Below, piece by piece: positions 23,100 to 38,348 of a DNA stretch of 64,000 nt. Where the stretch lies: the NCBI GenBank assembly GCA_964057225.1, contig OZ059895.1, positions 14,818,001 through 14,882,000 of the forward strand, given 5' to 3'. The number at the start of each line of letters is the position of its first letter. The first letter of the stretch is position 1. The notes under the pieces are model-generated. The model was not told the DNA's origin. It ran no database searches and saw nothing but the letters and a program-made list of their open reading frames with translations. The translations under genes were made by a program, and so were the position numbers. The stretch is from Auanema rhodensis (Eukaryota > Animalia > Nematoda).

Positions 23100-23530
23100 A
23101 TCTAAAATATTATTTTTGATATGAAATTCAAATTAAAGATGTGATATGTCTATCGATAACGCAAAATATTCGTCTTAAATACAAGAAATAGTAACACACT
23201 GCAGTTGTTATTCTTTTCTCAAGCCTAACAACTGTTATAAGAACAAAAGAAATTAATTGAAAATAAACGAAATATCAATGAAAATTTCCATTTTCGAGAA
23301 TTAATCGATTATTCGCTCTTGTTTCTTTAATATGAACAATTATATTAGTTAGTGAAGGATTGTTACACTTTGCATTCGAATGAATGCCGCTTATTTCGGA
23401 AAAAAAAGAAAAAAACTATAACGATAGATATCAATAGGTAAACAACTTTTATTTTTTTATACAACAGTCAATCAATCATATAATCTCAACAAATAGAACA
23501 TAACAAATCTAAACTCTTTTGTACTAATAT

Positions 23531-24218
23531 CTAGAAAATTTTCTTGAACCAGCTTGGCCGTTCCTTATTTAATTCTAAAACTCTTTTTCCTTTCAGTACA
23601 CCATCATCAAGAACATCATCCATGAATCTAACGAATACCTATAAAAATAAGAATAAAGCTAACTTTACTAGAAACTTATTCACCGGTTTATCCTGCTTTT
23701 CTCCTTTGTATGGATTATAGTCCATCATTTTCTGTTTGATTTCGTTAGTTAACTCCCGAACCTAGGTGAATACTTACTATCCATTAGAAAAAAGCTTATG
23801 TATACCTTGTTATAACAAGTTCCACAGATGGTGCCAGTTTGATGGAACCCACCACAAGATTTACAAGTTATCAAGTCTTCAGTAGGAGACAATAATCTTG
23901 TGTATGAGAATTTACGAGTTATTTTCTTTGCTGAAATAGTGAGGAACCATATTCAGAAGTCACCTTCTAAATCTTACGTTTACTAGTTCGGAACTTCGGT
24001 ACACCCCAAAGTATTCTACAGTCATTGATTATATTCTCAAGGGAATATGAGTTAGAAGCAGTGATAGGAACAGATGATGTGGTCAAATTCAATGCTGGTG
24101 CTGAACATATCAATATTGATAGAAATACCCAAAAACTATTTTAACCTAGTGGGGGAACTCTTGGAAAACCCAGCAGCTCATCTACAACATATCTAATTTG
24201 TCTAATTGCACGCAACAT
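23531..24218 (-). CDS. mrpl-32: Mitochondrial ribosomal protein L32
   Basis: ILWGVPKFRTSK.KKITRKF...LITCKSCGGFHQTGTICGTCYNKVRELT...ERPSWFKKIF*: bL32m zinc motif and RPSWF tail. Confidence 0.9.
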
Positions 24219-24433
24219 CTGAAAGCTATGTGTAGACTATGTATATAGCATAATAAAGAAGGTTCATAAATAAGTTTTCTGATTTCAACAGATCTTGAAG
24301 AAACAAAACATAAACCACATTGACACGTATATTTACCAAAATACATTTACATTTTTGAGGAAACATTAAAAAGGTTTACGCCCAACGTTAAACCAGTAAT
24401 GCAATAAAATAAAATAAAAAAGAAATAAATTAT

Positions 24434-26526
24434 TTAGAAATCGTCATCGTCATCCTCGGCCATTTCTTTAGCGAATTCAAGCTCCTGAGAAAGAGTAATA
24501 ACAGATATTTACATCAATTCTAATCAAACCTGTTGCTCTCTCTCTCTTTGAGCTTCGATGCTTTCTACCTCAAGCTTATTCTTTGGTGGGAAACGAAGAG
24601 CTTTAACAGCTTGATTGTGAAGTTCCAAGCAATATCTGAATAAATTAATAAACTTTCTGTTAACCCCGAACACTATTATAATTACCTAATTCTGGAATCG
24701 AAGTGATCTAATGGTTCAGTAGTTCTGTACACATCAGCCGTTTCAGAACTGCGCATGTATCTCTCACCATCTTTAGTATCAGAAGTAATGAAAGCGTCAA
24801 TAGCGCCGGTAGCAATGGCTTTAGCAACCTGTATAGAAACAGATGAGAATAATCATAAGCTTTTTAAAACATACCATGTATTCTGTATCAACTTCACTGT
24901 TGATCTGAAGTTTCTTTCCAATATCCTAAAAACATAAAAACTTGAATGAACAATATAGCAAAAACTCACTTTAATGGCAATCTTAGAATAAGCGAGAGAA
25001 ATTTGCTTAACAGCAGTTTTGATCACATTTTGTCTCAATCTTACAATTAAAGTCAATGTCTCATCTGTCTCGAACTGAAAGATTTCGAGCATTATTTTTT
25101 AAACATAAAGTATTCATACAGTTGTTCCATACTGTTCAAGAACTTTATTGAAATGAACAAGATCACCAATACGAACAGCTGAAATGGAGGGTCAGAATTT
25201 ATAAATTAATTCATATACCTTGGGTGAGCTCAAGATAAGGAGCCAAACACTTTCTGTAAATTGGTTGACGGAAAATAGATCTTTCAGGAATTTCTCCTTG
25301 AAGCAACCCGATTACAACAACCCATTTTTGAGCATTTTGTTTAAAACCAATGGCTGCCTCTTGAGGAGCCTTGCGCATAGCCTGGAATGATATCAGTTAA
25401 GCAATTTATGATAAAATTGAGCAACCTGAAGAAAATATCCAGCAGCAGCAGCGTAGTCAAGTTGAAGAGCCTGGATTCTTCCTTGGTAATAGAGATAACG
25501 AGCGAGATCGTTGTTATTGGCATTATCAGGGAATGACACCTAAATATTATCAATTTCACACTGAAATAAACAACAATAGCTTACTTTAGACACAAGCTTA
25601 GCAGCAGATTGGTATTGTTTATTTAATAAATAGCATCGCAACAAAGTGTAGATTAGAGTTGCTTGAGATTCATTCAAACGACGTAAAGTAGCAGTACGAA
25701 GACGAGCATTAAAGTAACTAAATGTTGACAGACTTAGTAATATATTTAAAACATATCGAATACCTGACAAGCTCGTTAAAACGTCCGAGTCTTTCATGAA
25801 TTAAAGCCAAATAGAAGTAGCCTTTAGCTACAATAGCATCAAGAGATCTCTTCTCATTCTGATCGACTTAAAAAAAAGTTTGAATAATCAAGCGTGCTTT
25901 GTGCATACCTCGGCTAATGAGGAGCTCAGCAGCTTCTTTAGCTTCATTCAATTTATTCTGGTCTATCAAATAAACGATTACAAGCAGATTTACATAGAGA
26001 TCAGACTCCACAGAAGAAAACACTCTCTTAGCGGGTCTAGGAGACCTGAAGAATGATAACATTGTAAGAACAAAAGTAAAAACATACTTTGCTGGTTTTG
26101 GATCGACATCCATTTTTTGCTCAGTAGTAGCAGCCAAAGCAGAAGCAGGAGCAGGTACCCATTGCAGAAGAGTATCACGATGAATTACAGTTTGAGTAGA
26201 GTGAGTAGAGAGGAGTTTGTTAAGAACCTATGAGACGATGACAAATGATACAACAATATAACTCATACTTCATTATTCAATTGTTTTCTGGATTGATGCA
26301 GAACCTGTAGCACTCTTCCCATAAAATGAGATTCTCCACGATCAAGAAGAGAGCAGTGCTCACGAAGATCTAAGATTATAAACTGATTAAAATACGAAAA
26401 TTAGTATAATATCATACTCTCAAGAGCAATTGTGTTCAAATCTTTTGGCTGTTCTTCCTTTTCTTTTTGCTCATCAACTTCCATATTTTCAACATTTTGC
26501 ACTTTAGTATTAGCTATAGGTGCCAT
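24434..26526 (-). CDS. rpn-3: 26S proteasome lid subunit RPN3/PSMD3
   Basis: [70 protein letters not shown]. Confidence 0.96.
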
Positions 26527-26694
26527 GTCCCCTATAATACAAATATATATATAAATATAAAACTTAAATCATAAAATAAATAAAAATGAGAAGACATAGA
26601 AGTTATTTAAAATTGCCGCATATAATTCTGGGCGTGGCTAGCTGATATATAACTGTGCAGCAATTGCTAGTATAAGGTCCCACAAGGAAATATT

Positions 26695-26719
26695 TGAAAT
26701 TTCGAGAAAATACTCGACG
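26695..26719. promoter_or_regulatory. Heat-shock element in the divergent rpn-3/hsp-110 promoter
   Basis: tGAAa-tTTCg-aGAAa (three perfect alternating nGAAn units) followed by two degenerate units aTACt-cGACg; GGGCGTGGC occurs on both sides (~26630, ~26740). Confidence 0.75.
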
Positions 26720-26968
26720 AATGGAAATTTCCTCGTCAGGGGCGTGGCTTTCGGGCACATTCGCACATTCAGATTTCCCTGTTTAAGCAAAGGTAGTGTC
26801 TGCGTATGGTTTAACATATGCAAATATAAATTTAAATCATATCTTTCTAACTATGTTTCATCAATCTTTTTTTTCGAATATCTTTCTCTTTCATACGCCC
26901 TATTATTATTAAACATATACATATATATATTTCGTACTTTAGGTCGTTTCACCGAAGTGCTCGGAATC

Positions 26969-29642
<2,674 letters not shown>

Positions 29643-30096
29643 ATCTTGTGATGGTTAGTGTGAAATCTCCGGTCATTTGTTGTGAGTAGAGTCAAAAGAC
29701 TGTCCATACATCAATCGTTCTTTTTTGTTTTTTTTTCTTAATTATTTCAAGTTTGTTATCATTTTATTATTACATAAATTCTGAATAGAATTGAATGGTT
29801 TTTTGTTAGAGCTTAAAAGTGGCAATAAACTATGAAATAAAGTTATTAAAATATTTATTTACATAAATACCCGTGTGATTTTGTAATCACGTATCAAAAA
29901 ATGTACAAGCTTTGGCAACAACAAGGGCGTAGTGGCTAAGAATATCAGAAAATGGCGGAGCTGTAGATAAAAACGGTCATTATGCTCAAGTTAAGATAAA
30001 CTATGAGATTCAAATCTTCTCAGCTGTTCCTAAACTATCTAGTGGCGTATAATTTTTCTACAAGGCATTTAACAGAATCATATTATTAAGAAAAAC

Positions 30097-31871
30097 TTAA
30101 GCTTCTTTAGATTTCATCTGCCTAATCTTCATGGCTCTTACATGTAACCTTTCCATCTGGCTTTCATCCAGATTAATTTCACAAACCTAAACATAGATAA
30201 CATGGGAATTTTAAAAGAATAAAGAAAGGAGTACCTTTTTCACCAAAAATTCCTCGGTCATAATATGCGGAGGCAGATGTCTAAGACGAGTGACAATAGA
30301 ATGTAAATCTGGGAACTGTTTGCATTGTTCTTTATTTCCTAATCCGAATTTAAACAGAACCAATGCAACTTTGAAGAGTACTTTAACACCTACAAACGGA
30401 AAGTGATTTTAAAAGAAACAGAAAGGAGTGTTTACCTTCACAAAAAAACATATCCCAAACTCGTAAAACGGTTGGCCATGGTAGGGTTCGGCAAAAAACG
30501 CACATAAACCATTCAATCATATACAAGACAGGATCAACATTATTCTTTTTCTAAAAATTCATATGTTAAACATGTATGTGAATCACCATTCGTCTTACTA
30601 AATGTCTATAGCTAACAGGAGATTTTTCCTTCAATAATTGTACGAGAATATCACCGTCTACTTGAACAGCTTCCTGAAATTACAATGAACGATGATTTCA
30701 CATTCCATACATTGCTTTTACCAATCCTGGGCTATAATACTTCGGTAAATATCGAGTGCAAACTTGGACAAAACAATAAAACGCGTCTCTATAAAGCAAA
30801 ACATGATAGGAATCGAATAATAGTTATTATAATGATTACTTAAGAGGCATGTGCATTAGTAGCACAGAAGCTATAGGAGCCTGTCCTTGACAATATCCTT
30901 CTTCGGGAAAGAGAACGGTCCATGTTTTCAGAAGAGTAGCTAAATCTTCACGACTGTAATTAATTAAATGTATAAGAAACACAACATCAAAGACACATAC
31001 CCATTCTTTCCGTAACTACCAGTTGTTGCAAACATTTCATGCTCTGGAAATTGGCGATTTAAATCCTTTTCTATATCATCGGACCATTTTGGATCAACTT
31101 CTTTATTAACACAAATCTAAAGATAAAATGATAAGACAGCAATGATGATAAGAACTCACATCAAAAACTTCTTTGTTTTTGGAATAATCCATATGATAAA
31201 CAGCTCCGCAAAGATATTTCCATGCTTTTCCTCTTAGAGAAGGTGGTATACCTTTACGACAACGTTCACGAACTTTATCAAACCTTAAACTCGTTTTCAT
31301 GTACTTCTACTCTTAATTTAAAGGGTTGCTCACTTATGATCCATATAAAACGTCCAATTCTCAAACATTTCAATCCATTTCATTTCTCTTCGACGTAAAA
31401 CTTTGACATCAACAAACGCCCGGGCACTAGAGAACAAACGAAAGGCTCTAAAGATCAAATATGGAAATTACCTCGGGACAGTACTATCTGTGTTGATAAA
31501 AAACCCATATTCATCTGCTTCGGGAATACTTTGATTGGCGTATTCTTCAGATTCTCGTTCGTCTTCTTCTACTAAAGTATTGCAGTCCCTACTGTCTGAT
31601 CTGCTCATTTGGTCAGAAGCCGTCTAAATAAAGTCATTATTAAAGCCAAGTATAAAATCGAATATACCTCTCCTGGTCTTTCAGGCCGCTCACGTAAGAA
31701 TGGAGTTATTTCCCCATTCAATACACAATCTATATTGCTACTTGCGACCATAGAATTTTGTACTGAAGGTGTTATCTCTCTACTATTGCAATCATCAGAT
31801 GATTCATATGATTCAGGAGGGCAGCTCGCAGCGAGACGGTCGACTATAATATTCTCGTAGGATTGCTCCAT
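30097..31871 (-). CDS. tbc-10: TBC-domain Rab GAP, TBC1D10/EPI64 family
   Basis: [77 protein letters not shown]. Confidence 0.88.
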
Positions 31872-32876
31872 CTGAAATAGGGAATAGTTAGTATAAAATA
31901 GAAAACAAAGCTTTTCAAGAAAGACGAAGTAAGCTACTGATTAAAAAGAAGCGACTCAACAAAACACACCAGAATGCGTACCCAAACAAGGGCAACAAAA
32001 TATTTACCGTATTAAACCCTTTCTAACTTTGTTACTAAACATGATAAAAGAAATAAAAATGATTAATACTTAAAATTATTTTTTGATAAACTTAACTAAC
32101 TATCAGAATGTTTAGATAACTATAATAAAACAAAAAAGTGTGAAGTATGTCAATACGCAGTAACAAATTATTTTGAAATTAAGGCTTCATTCAATAAAAA
32201 AAAAACAAAGTGTTAAAAATGACAGCCGAATATCAACTTCAGTAAACATTAACAATTGCTCATATTATATTTCAATAAATAGGCGTGCGAACTGAACACG
32301 TTGCTGGCGAAACTATAGCTATAGTAAACGAAACATGATGGCTATTGGGACCTTGAAACATTTCAAGTTTGCTTTACCCTTGAAAGCGGGAGATTCTTCC
32401 GTAGCCAAAGATATATATATATATATTTTTTTTTTTTCAGAAGCAGTTTACGAATTTTCAAAACGACTGCGATAAGAAAAATAAAACAAAAAATGATTGC
32501 TACAATACCTTTAACCAAATTGAAATATGAATTGAATAGAGAAATTTTGCATTTACTTGCCCAAAATGATTCAAAAGGGCTACGGACGCAAAAACCAGTC
32601 ACGTAATGTAGCGTGAATGAGCCTCACTTTTGATTATATGGTGAGAGAGGTGATTTCTCATTTTATGGCAGAAAGAAACGAAGAGCGGTTGTATCAGTAA
32701 CTATACCAAGTGAAAAAATAAAATATAAGTAACAGATAGATGGAAACCAATATTTCGTTGAATAAATGTTTTTTTTATAAAATTTCATTGAAAACTAAAT
32801 AATGTGTCTAAATATTAGGAATGAAAATAACAAAATGCTTTGACATAATCTAGTAAACAGCGTTGCAAATGAAAAA

Positions 32877-33825
32877 TTAGAAATCATCAACGGTATCCAA
32901 CTTGACAATGTTATCATCCTTTTTGAATGGTGGCATTCCTAAGTATGGGCAAGTGGCACAACGGAAAGCATCTCCCAAAGAGCACTGCAAAATATTTTGA
33001 AGAAACTTCCTAGAAAAACAGAAGAACTTACACTTCCACAGTTGCTCTTCACTGGCTGTTGGGCTAGCTTCTCTTTTTCTTCAATTTCGGCCAGTCCACA
33101 AACACAATTTTTGCATGCCCTTTTCTTCTTCCCATCAGTTGGTTCCCCACAAGCTTAACAACAAGAAAAGCATATTAGACTTGAAGATCAACAACTACCT
33201 TTCAAGTCGCTTTCAGATGGCTTCTTAAAATCTTCTTCATTTAATAACTCATCTTCATCGATCAAATCATCATCAGCTATCTCGGGCAACTAAAGCCAGT
33301 TATGATACAAATTTATAGTTTTTCATCTTACCTTAAGAGCAAAAGTCTGTCCAGCGAAAGAAGGCTTTTCACAAGTAAGGCTGAATATAGAGTCATTAGA
33401 TGTGGAGGCGAGATTAGAAAATCCAATCAAAGTGATTTTTCGGTGAATATCATCTTGACTAACACCTAAAAAAAAAAATATATATATATATGCGTAAAAC
33501 AATCTTTGCCACCATTAATCACTGCTTCAATCAAAGCTCCTTCTTTGGCTAGGCGATAAGCTTCAGATGCGAGTGAATCAATTTCTTCAGCCGAGTTACA
33601 CAGGAAAGCAACAAATTCATATGAGTTAGCTTTTTTGTCTGAAAAATTAGAATACTTATGAGGTCAGAAATGAAGTAGAAATTTCAAACCTTTAGTAGAA
33701 GCAACATCTAAAACTTCTTTTCTACAGGAGACATTTGGAGTACATAAATCAGCTGATATTCCTGATCCTAGAAGGAACAAAACACTGCTTGTCTCTGATA
33801 ATTTGTTGTTAAAAGCAAAAGGCAT
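32877..33825 (-). CDS. CIAPIN1: Anamorsin/CIAPIN1/Dre2 (cytosolic Fe-S assembly)
   Basis: [53 protein letters not shown]. Confidence 0.95.
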
Positions 33826-33939
33826 CTAGAATCAAGATAACAATCAAGGAAACAAACAATATGAAAATTAGGTAAATATGAAATAATAATCATTCAATTA
33901 ATAATAGAAATAAGAAAAAAATTTATAAATTAACAAAAT

Positions 33940-34978
33940 TTATAAATTATACAACTCTTCAAACCTATCCAGCAAGCCTATATTTTCCATTATTTTTCTA
34001 ATTTCACTTGTATTTACATGTTTGTTATTACATCCAGCAGCATTAACTTCCCTGAATTCAGAAAACTTCAAGTCATCTATCGTCAACTCATCATCTGAAA
34101 TGAAATAATTACAAAAACCACAGATCATTTGACCAAGCCTGTAATTCTCAAAATTAATCGTTGCCAATTCCAAGATTTAATTTCATTATAAAAACTACGA
34201 CAATTTGAAGTTTTTCCTGAAATGATGAAGCTATATACATAGCATTTGAAAAATTAACAACCTTCTACAATAATAATAGCAGGTTTTCCTGGGGTTGAAA
34301 ACCCGTTCAAATTTAAATTTTTGGTTAATCGAACAATGTCACTTCTCTGAATTTAAAAAAATATTCAAAAACAAATATTTTTGTATTACCTTTGTTGAAC
34401 TATAGAGATGATGGCTATATATAAAGTACCGAGAATAAAGTTCAGGTTCGCTTTCAAATGAAGTATCTGTAGCTTCATTACTATGTAGTCTGGGACAATT
34501 AGGGATGAAATCCTAGATTGGATATTACGATAAACGTTTTATTCAAAACTAACATTTAGCCACATAATAATCTCCGCAATCAAGGGCATTCCCTTTTCCA
34601 GGGAACGAAGCCATTCTCTCAATTTCTCATTCAACCTTAAAACTTAAATTCAATTGTCATAGCAAAATTTTAGCTTACAGTCGATCATTCAGAATGCCGT
34701 TGCTGTCAAAGAATACAGTAGGATATTCCTTAATAGGATAGAGGGATGGTAAATTAAAATGAGCTTGTAATTTGACTTCTTCATATGTCTGAACTCAACT
34801 TTAATTTTATAATAACTATTTGAAGTACTTTTTTAAACACGAGGTTAGAACTGAGAGCAGATGAATCAAGAGAAGGCAACAACTGTAATTCTGTTTCTTC
34901 AAACATTGATTGCAAAACTTCAAATTCATCTGCTTTCATCAAGTCACAGTCATTCTGAACTTCTTCATCACATAACAT
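33940..34978 (-). CDS. RWD-domain protein, RWDD2-like
   Basis: DEFEVLQSMF, LPSLYP, RYFIYSHHLYS, NLNGFSTPGKPAIIIVEG (RWDD2/DUF1115-like motifs). Confidence 0.8.
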
Positions 34979-35242
34979 GACAGAGAAGATTTAATTTTCC
35001 GGAAATAAAGTTTTACAGAGAATTGAATATAGTTTGCCATATCAGTATTTTTGGATTAACGTGTATACGCATTACGTACTCTTTCAACACAGTCGAAATA
35101 TTTTCAAATTTTGCGCGCCTTTCGCGGATTACCATTGTATAAGAATGTTACAACGTTTAAGCCTAGTGAATATATGGGCAAATTGTTACTAATATACCAT
35201 TTCAAAAGCTTTTACAGAATTTTTTGAAAATTCATTGTTTAG

Positions 35243-38213
35243 ATGGCTGACGCTGCCTTAGAATTTGGTGATGTCTTCGTGGAAGATATGGGAATATTGG
35301 TCAGTTGTATGATATAATGCATGATGACAAAATTTTTTTAGAACGCAGGGCGTATAAAGTTGGGAAATTCAGCTATTCAATTTAAGAATGAAAAAACTGG
35401 AAAAGTATGTCTTTCACACCTTTTTTTTTGTAAAATTGCTATCAGGTTACCACAGTCGTTCCATCTGATCTCAGCAACATAACCTGGCAAAGATTGGGAA
35501 ACAGACCAGGAATCAACTTCAAACTTCATGATGGATCAAAATTGAGATGTGGAGGTTTCAAAGAAACGGTTCGAATTTTTTTCTCTTTTTTTTTCAATCG
35601 AGCTGTTTTTTAGGATTTCGAAAAAATCAAATCATATGCCAGTAAAAATTGGGAACAGAATGTTGAACAAAAGGAATTAGTTTTGAAAGGTTGGAATTAC
35701 GGAGACTGTCGTGTAGAAGGTACGAGTTAGCTGTTTTTTGACATTTGTAATGGTACCAACTAGGTAAATCCGTTGAGTTCACACTTGATGGTTTACCTGT
35801 TTTTGATGTCCCACTATCAAATGTTTCCAATTGTGTTGGAAACAAGAGTGAAGCTACCATTGAATTCCATCAGGTAATTTTTATTTCAAAAAGTTATCAC
35901 GGTTGTATGGTTTAGAGTGATGATTGTCCTACTTCTTTAATTGAAATGCGTCTTCATATGCCAGCTAACCCAGAAGATGAAGAGTATGATCCAGTCGAGG
36001 TACTTATTTTATATAATATTAAAAGCAATTGATGATATATAGGAATTCCGAAGAACTGTTATGACGTATGCTGGTATTGAGACTGAATCCGGTCAACCAG
36101 TGGCTTCTCTCTCCCAAATTCTCTGTACTACTCCTCGGTAATTACGATATTCTTTTTCATCTTTATTTATGTAATATTCAGTGGACGTTACGATATCAAA
36201 GTTTATCCAAACTTCTTATCCCTTCACGGAAAAACTTACGATTACAAGATCCCAATCAAGACCATTATGCGTCTTTTCCTTGTTCCTCACAAAGATGGTC
36301 GTCATGTATACTTTGTGGTATGTTATATTGGCTTACTATTGTTGTAGTAGGGTATTTTAGATCTCTTTAAATCCTCCTATTCGTCAAGGTCAGACAAGAT
36401 ATCATTATCTTGTTCTTGAATTCTTGAAAGAAGAAGAAATTGAATTGTCACTTGGATTAACAGAGTAAGTTTCTATTTTCCCCACGAACGTTAATTGTTC
36501 CTTTTTAAGGCAACAACTTGCTGAACAGTATGGAGGAAAACTTGAAAAAGAAATGAATGGACCTCTGTATGAAGTAGTTTCAATGATTTTCAGAGTTTTA
36601 ATTAACATGAAAATTACTGTTCCAGGAAATTTTATTGGGTAATTAAGTATCTGCGAGCTTTATAACGTTCTTGATTTCAGTCACTCTGGTACTCCAGCTG
36701 TTATGTGTGCTCACAGACAAGCTTCTGGTTTCCTTTACCCATTGGAAAAAGGATTCTTGTATATTCACAAACCTCCTATGTATATTCGATTTGAAGAGGT
36801 TAGTGGAAATAGATTAGGGGCCCTACATCAATTTTTGTTTTCTCTAGATTTCTTCTGTAAATTTTGCACGTTCTGATGTATCTACTAGATCTTTTGATTT
36901 TGAAATTGAACTTAAAGCCGGACAAACTCTTTTATTCAACAGTGTTGAGAAGTATGTTTTCTTCTTAACTAGACCATGTTTAATCGGTGATTCAGAGATG
37001 AATATAATAAGCTATATGATTACGTTCAAAACAAGCATCTTCGGATCAGAAATGCAAGAAAAATGGTTTGCAACAATCTTATTTAAATTTTATAATATAA
37101 TTTTTCAGGAGAAGAAATATAATGAAGACAGATTTGCTGGAAGTGATGACGAGATTGATCGCTATAAAGAAACTGTTAAAGCAGAAGGAAAGGAACGTGA
37201 TGGTGACAATAGTGATTCTGATTCTGAAGATGGTATAGCTTCCTTTGATTTTGCTTTTGCTATTTTTTACCTTTCTAGACGACTATGATTTGGATGAGGA
37301 TCTGAAGAAAAGACAGCAAGAAAGAGTGAGATTCTTAAAAATATTTGTCATTTATTTGATTTTTGTTTAGCAAGAAAATTCTTCCGAAGGCAGTGGATCA
37401 GAACCCGATGAGGAGTATGATTCTGATGCCGATAGTGCCGACGGAAGTGGAGGAGGTTCAGGTGATGAATCTGGTGGTGAAAAGAAGGCTAAAAAGGCCA
37501 AAAAAGAGAAAAAGACTAAGGCTGCTGTAAGTGAAAGGCTGATTGGATGGTAGATTATTTAGAATTTCAGAAAGAACCAAAGGAACGCAAAAGCAAAGAG
37601 GGTGGTAAGCGTAAGAAGGATCCCAATGCACCAAAGAGACCTCAATCTGCTTACTTCTTATGGTTGAACGAGAATAGAAGCTCCATAAAGAAGGTATGTG
37701 TACGCAGAAAACATAGGTAACCGCATCAAATTGTTTAGAGCGGAGATTCTGTTGCTGATGTAGCCAAGCGAGGTGGTGAGATGTGGAAGACTCTGTCCGC
37801 TGATGACAAGAAGGTAATATAAATATCATTATCATGTAATATTACTATCATTCCAGCCGTATGAAGAGAAGGCAGTTGCCGAAAAAGAACGATATGATAA
37901 GGAAATGGTAGCTTACAAAAAGAAAGAAAAAGAAGAGAGCAAATCTTCTTCATCTTCTGCTGTCCAAAAAAGTCCCAAGAAACAAACAGGACCGTAAGCT
38001 TATTACAGCTTTTGATTGAACATTGACTGTTTTTTGCAGATCACCAATGAAAGAGAAAAAATCAAAGGAGTATATCAGTGATTCCGACGATTCTGATGAT
38101 GATAAACCAAGCAAAAATAAATCTGAGAGCGTAAATATTTGTATATAATACTCAGTTAGTAAACGAGCTTGTTTCAGGATTCTGATGATGGTGATTCCGA
38201 TGACTCCGATTAA
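35243..38213 (+). CDS. SSRP1: FACT subunit SSRP1 (hmg-3/hmg-4 type)
   Basis: [52 protein letters not shown] box [19 protein letters not shown], acidic tail. Confidence 0.96.
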
Positions 38214-38348
38214 ATTTTCAATTATTTTTTGTTATCCAGTGAATATGCGGATCTCTATGTTTCAATATTGTGCAGATTATTTTGGCAGATAAATGTTTTA
38301 ATTTTAATATTCATTTATTTTTTGTTAACATAAACAGAGAAATAACAA

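Larger units (their letters stand above)
21918..23333 (-). repeat. Inverted duplication: 21918-22462 mirrors 16399-16944 and 22462-23333 mirrors ~18861-19708
   Basis: Direct reverse-complement matches, e.g. gaactctgttaatttcatatagaac vs gttctatatgaaattaacagagttc; TIL gene and its upstream sequence are mirrored. Confidence 0.92.
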
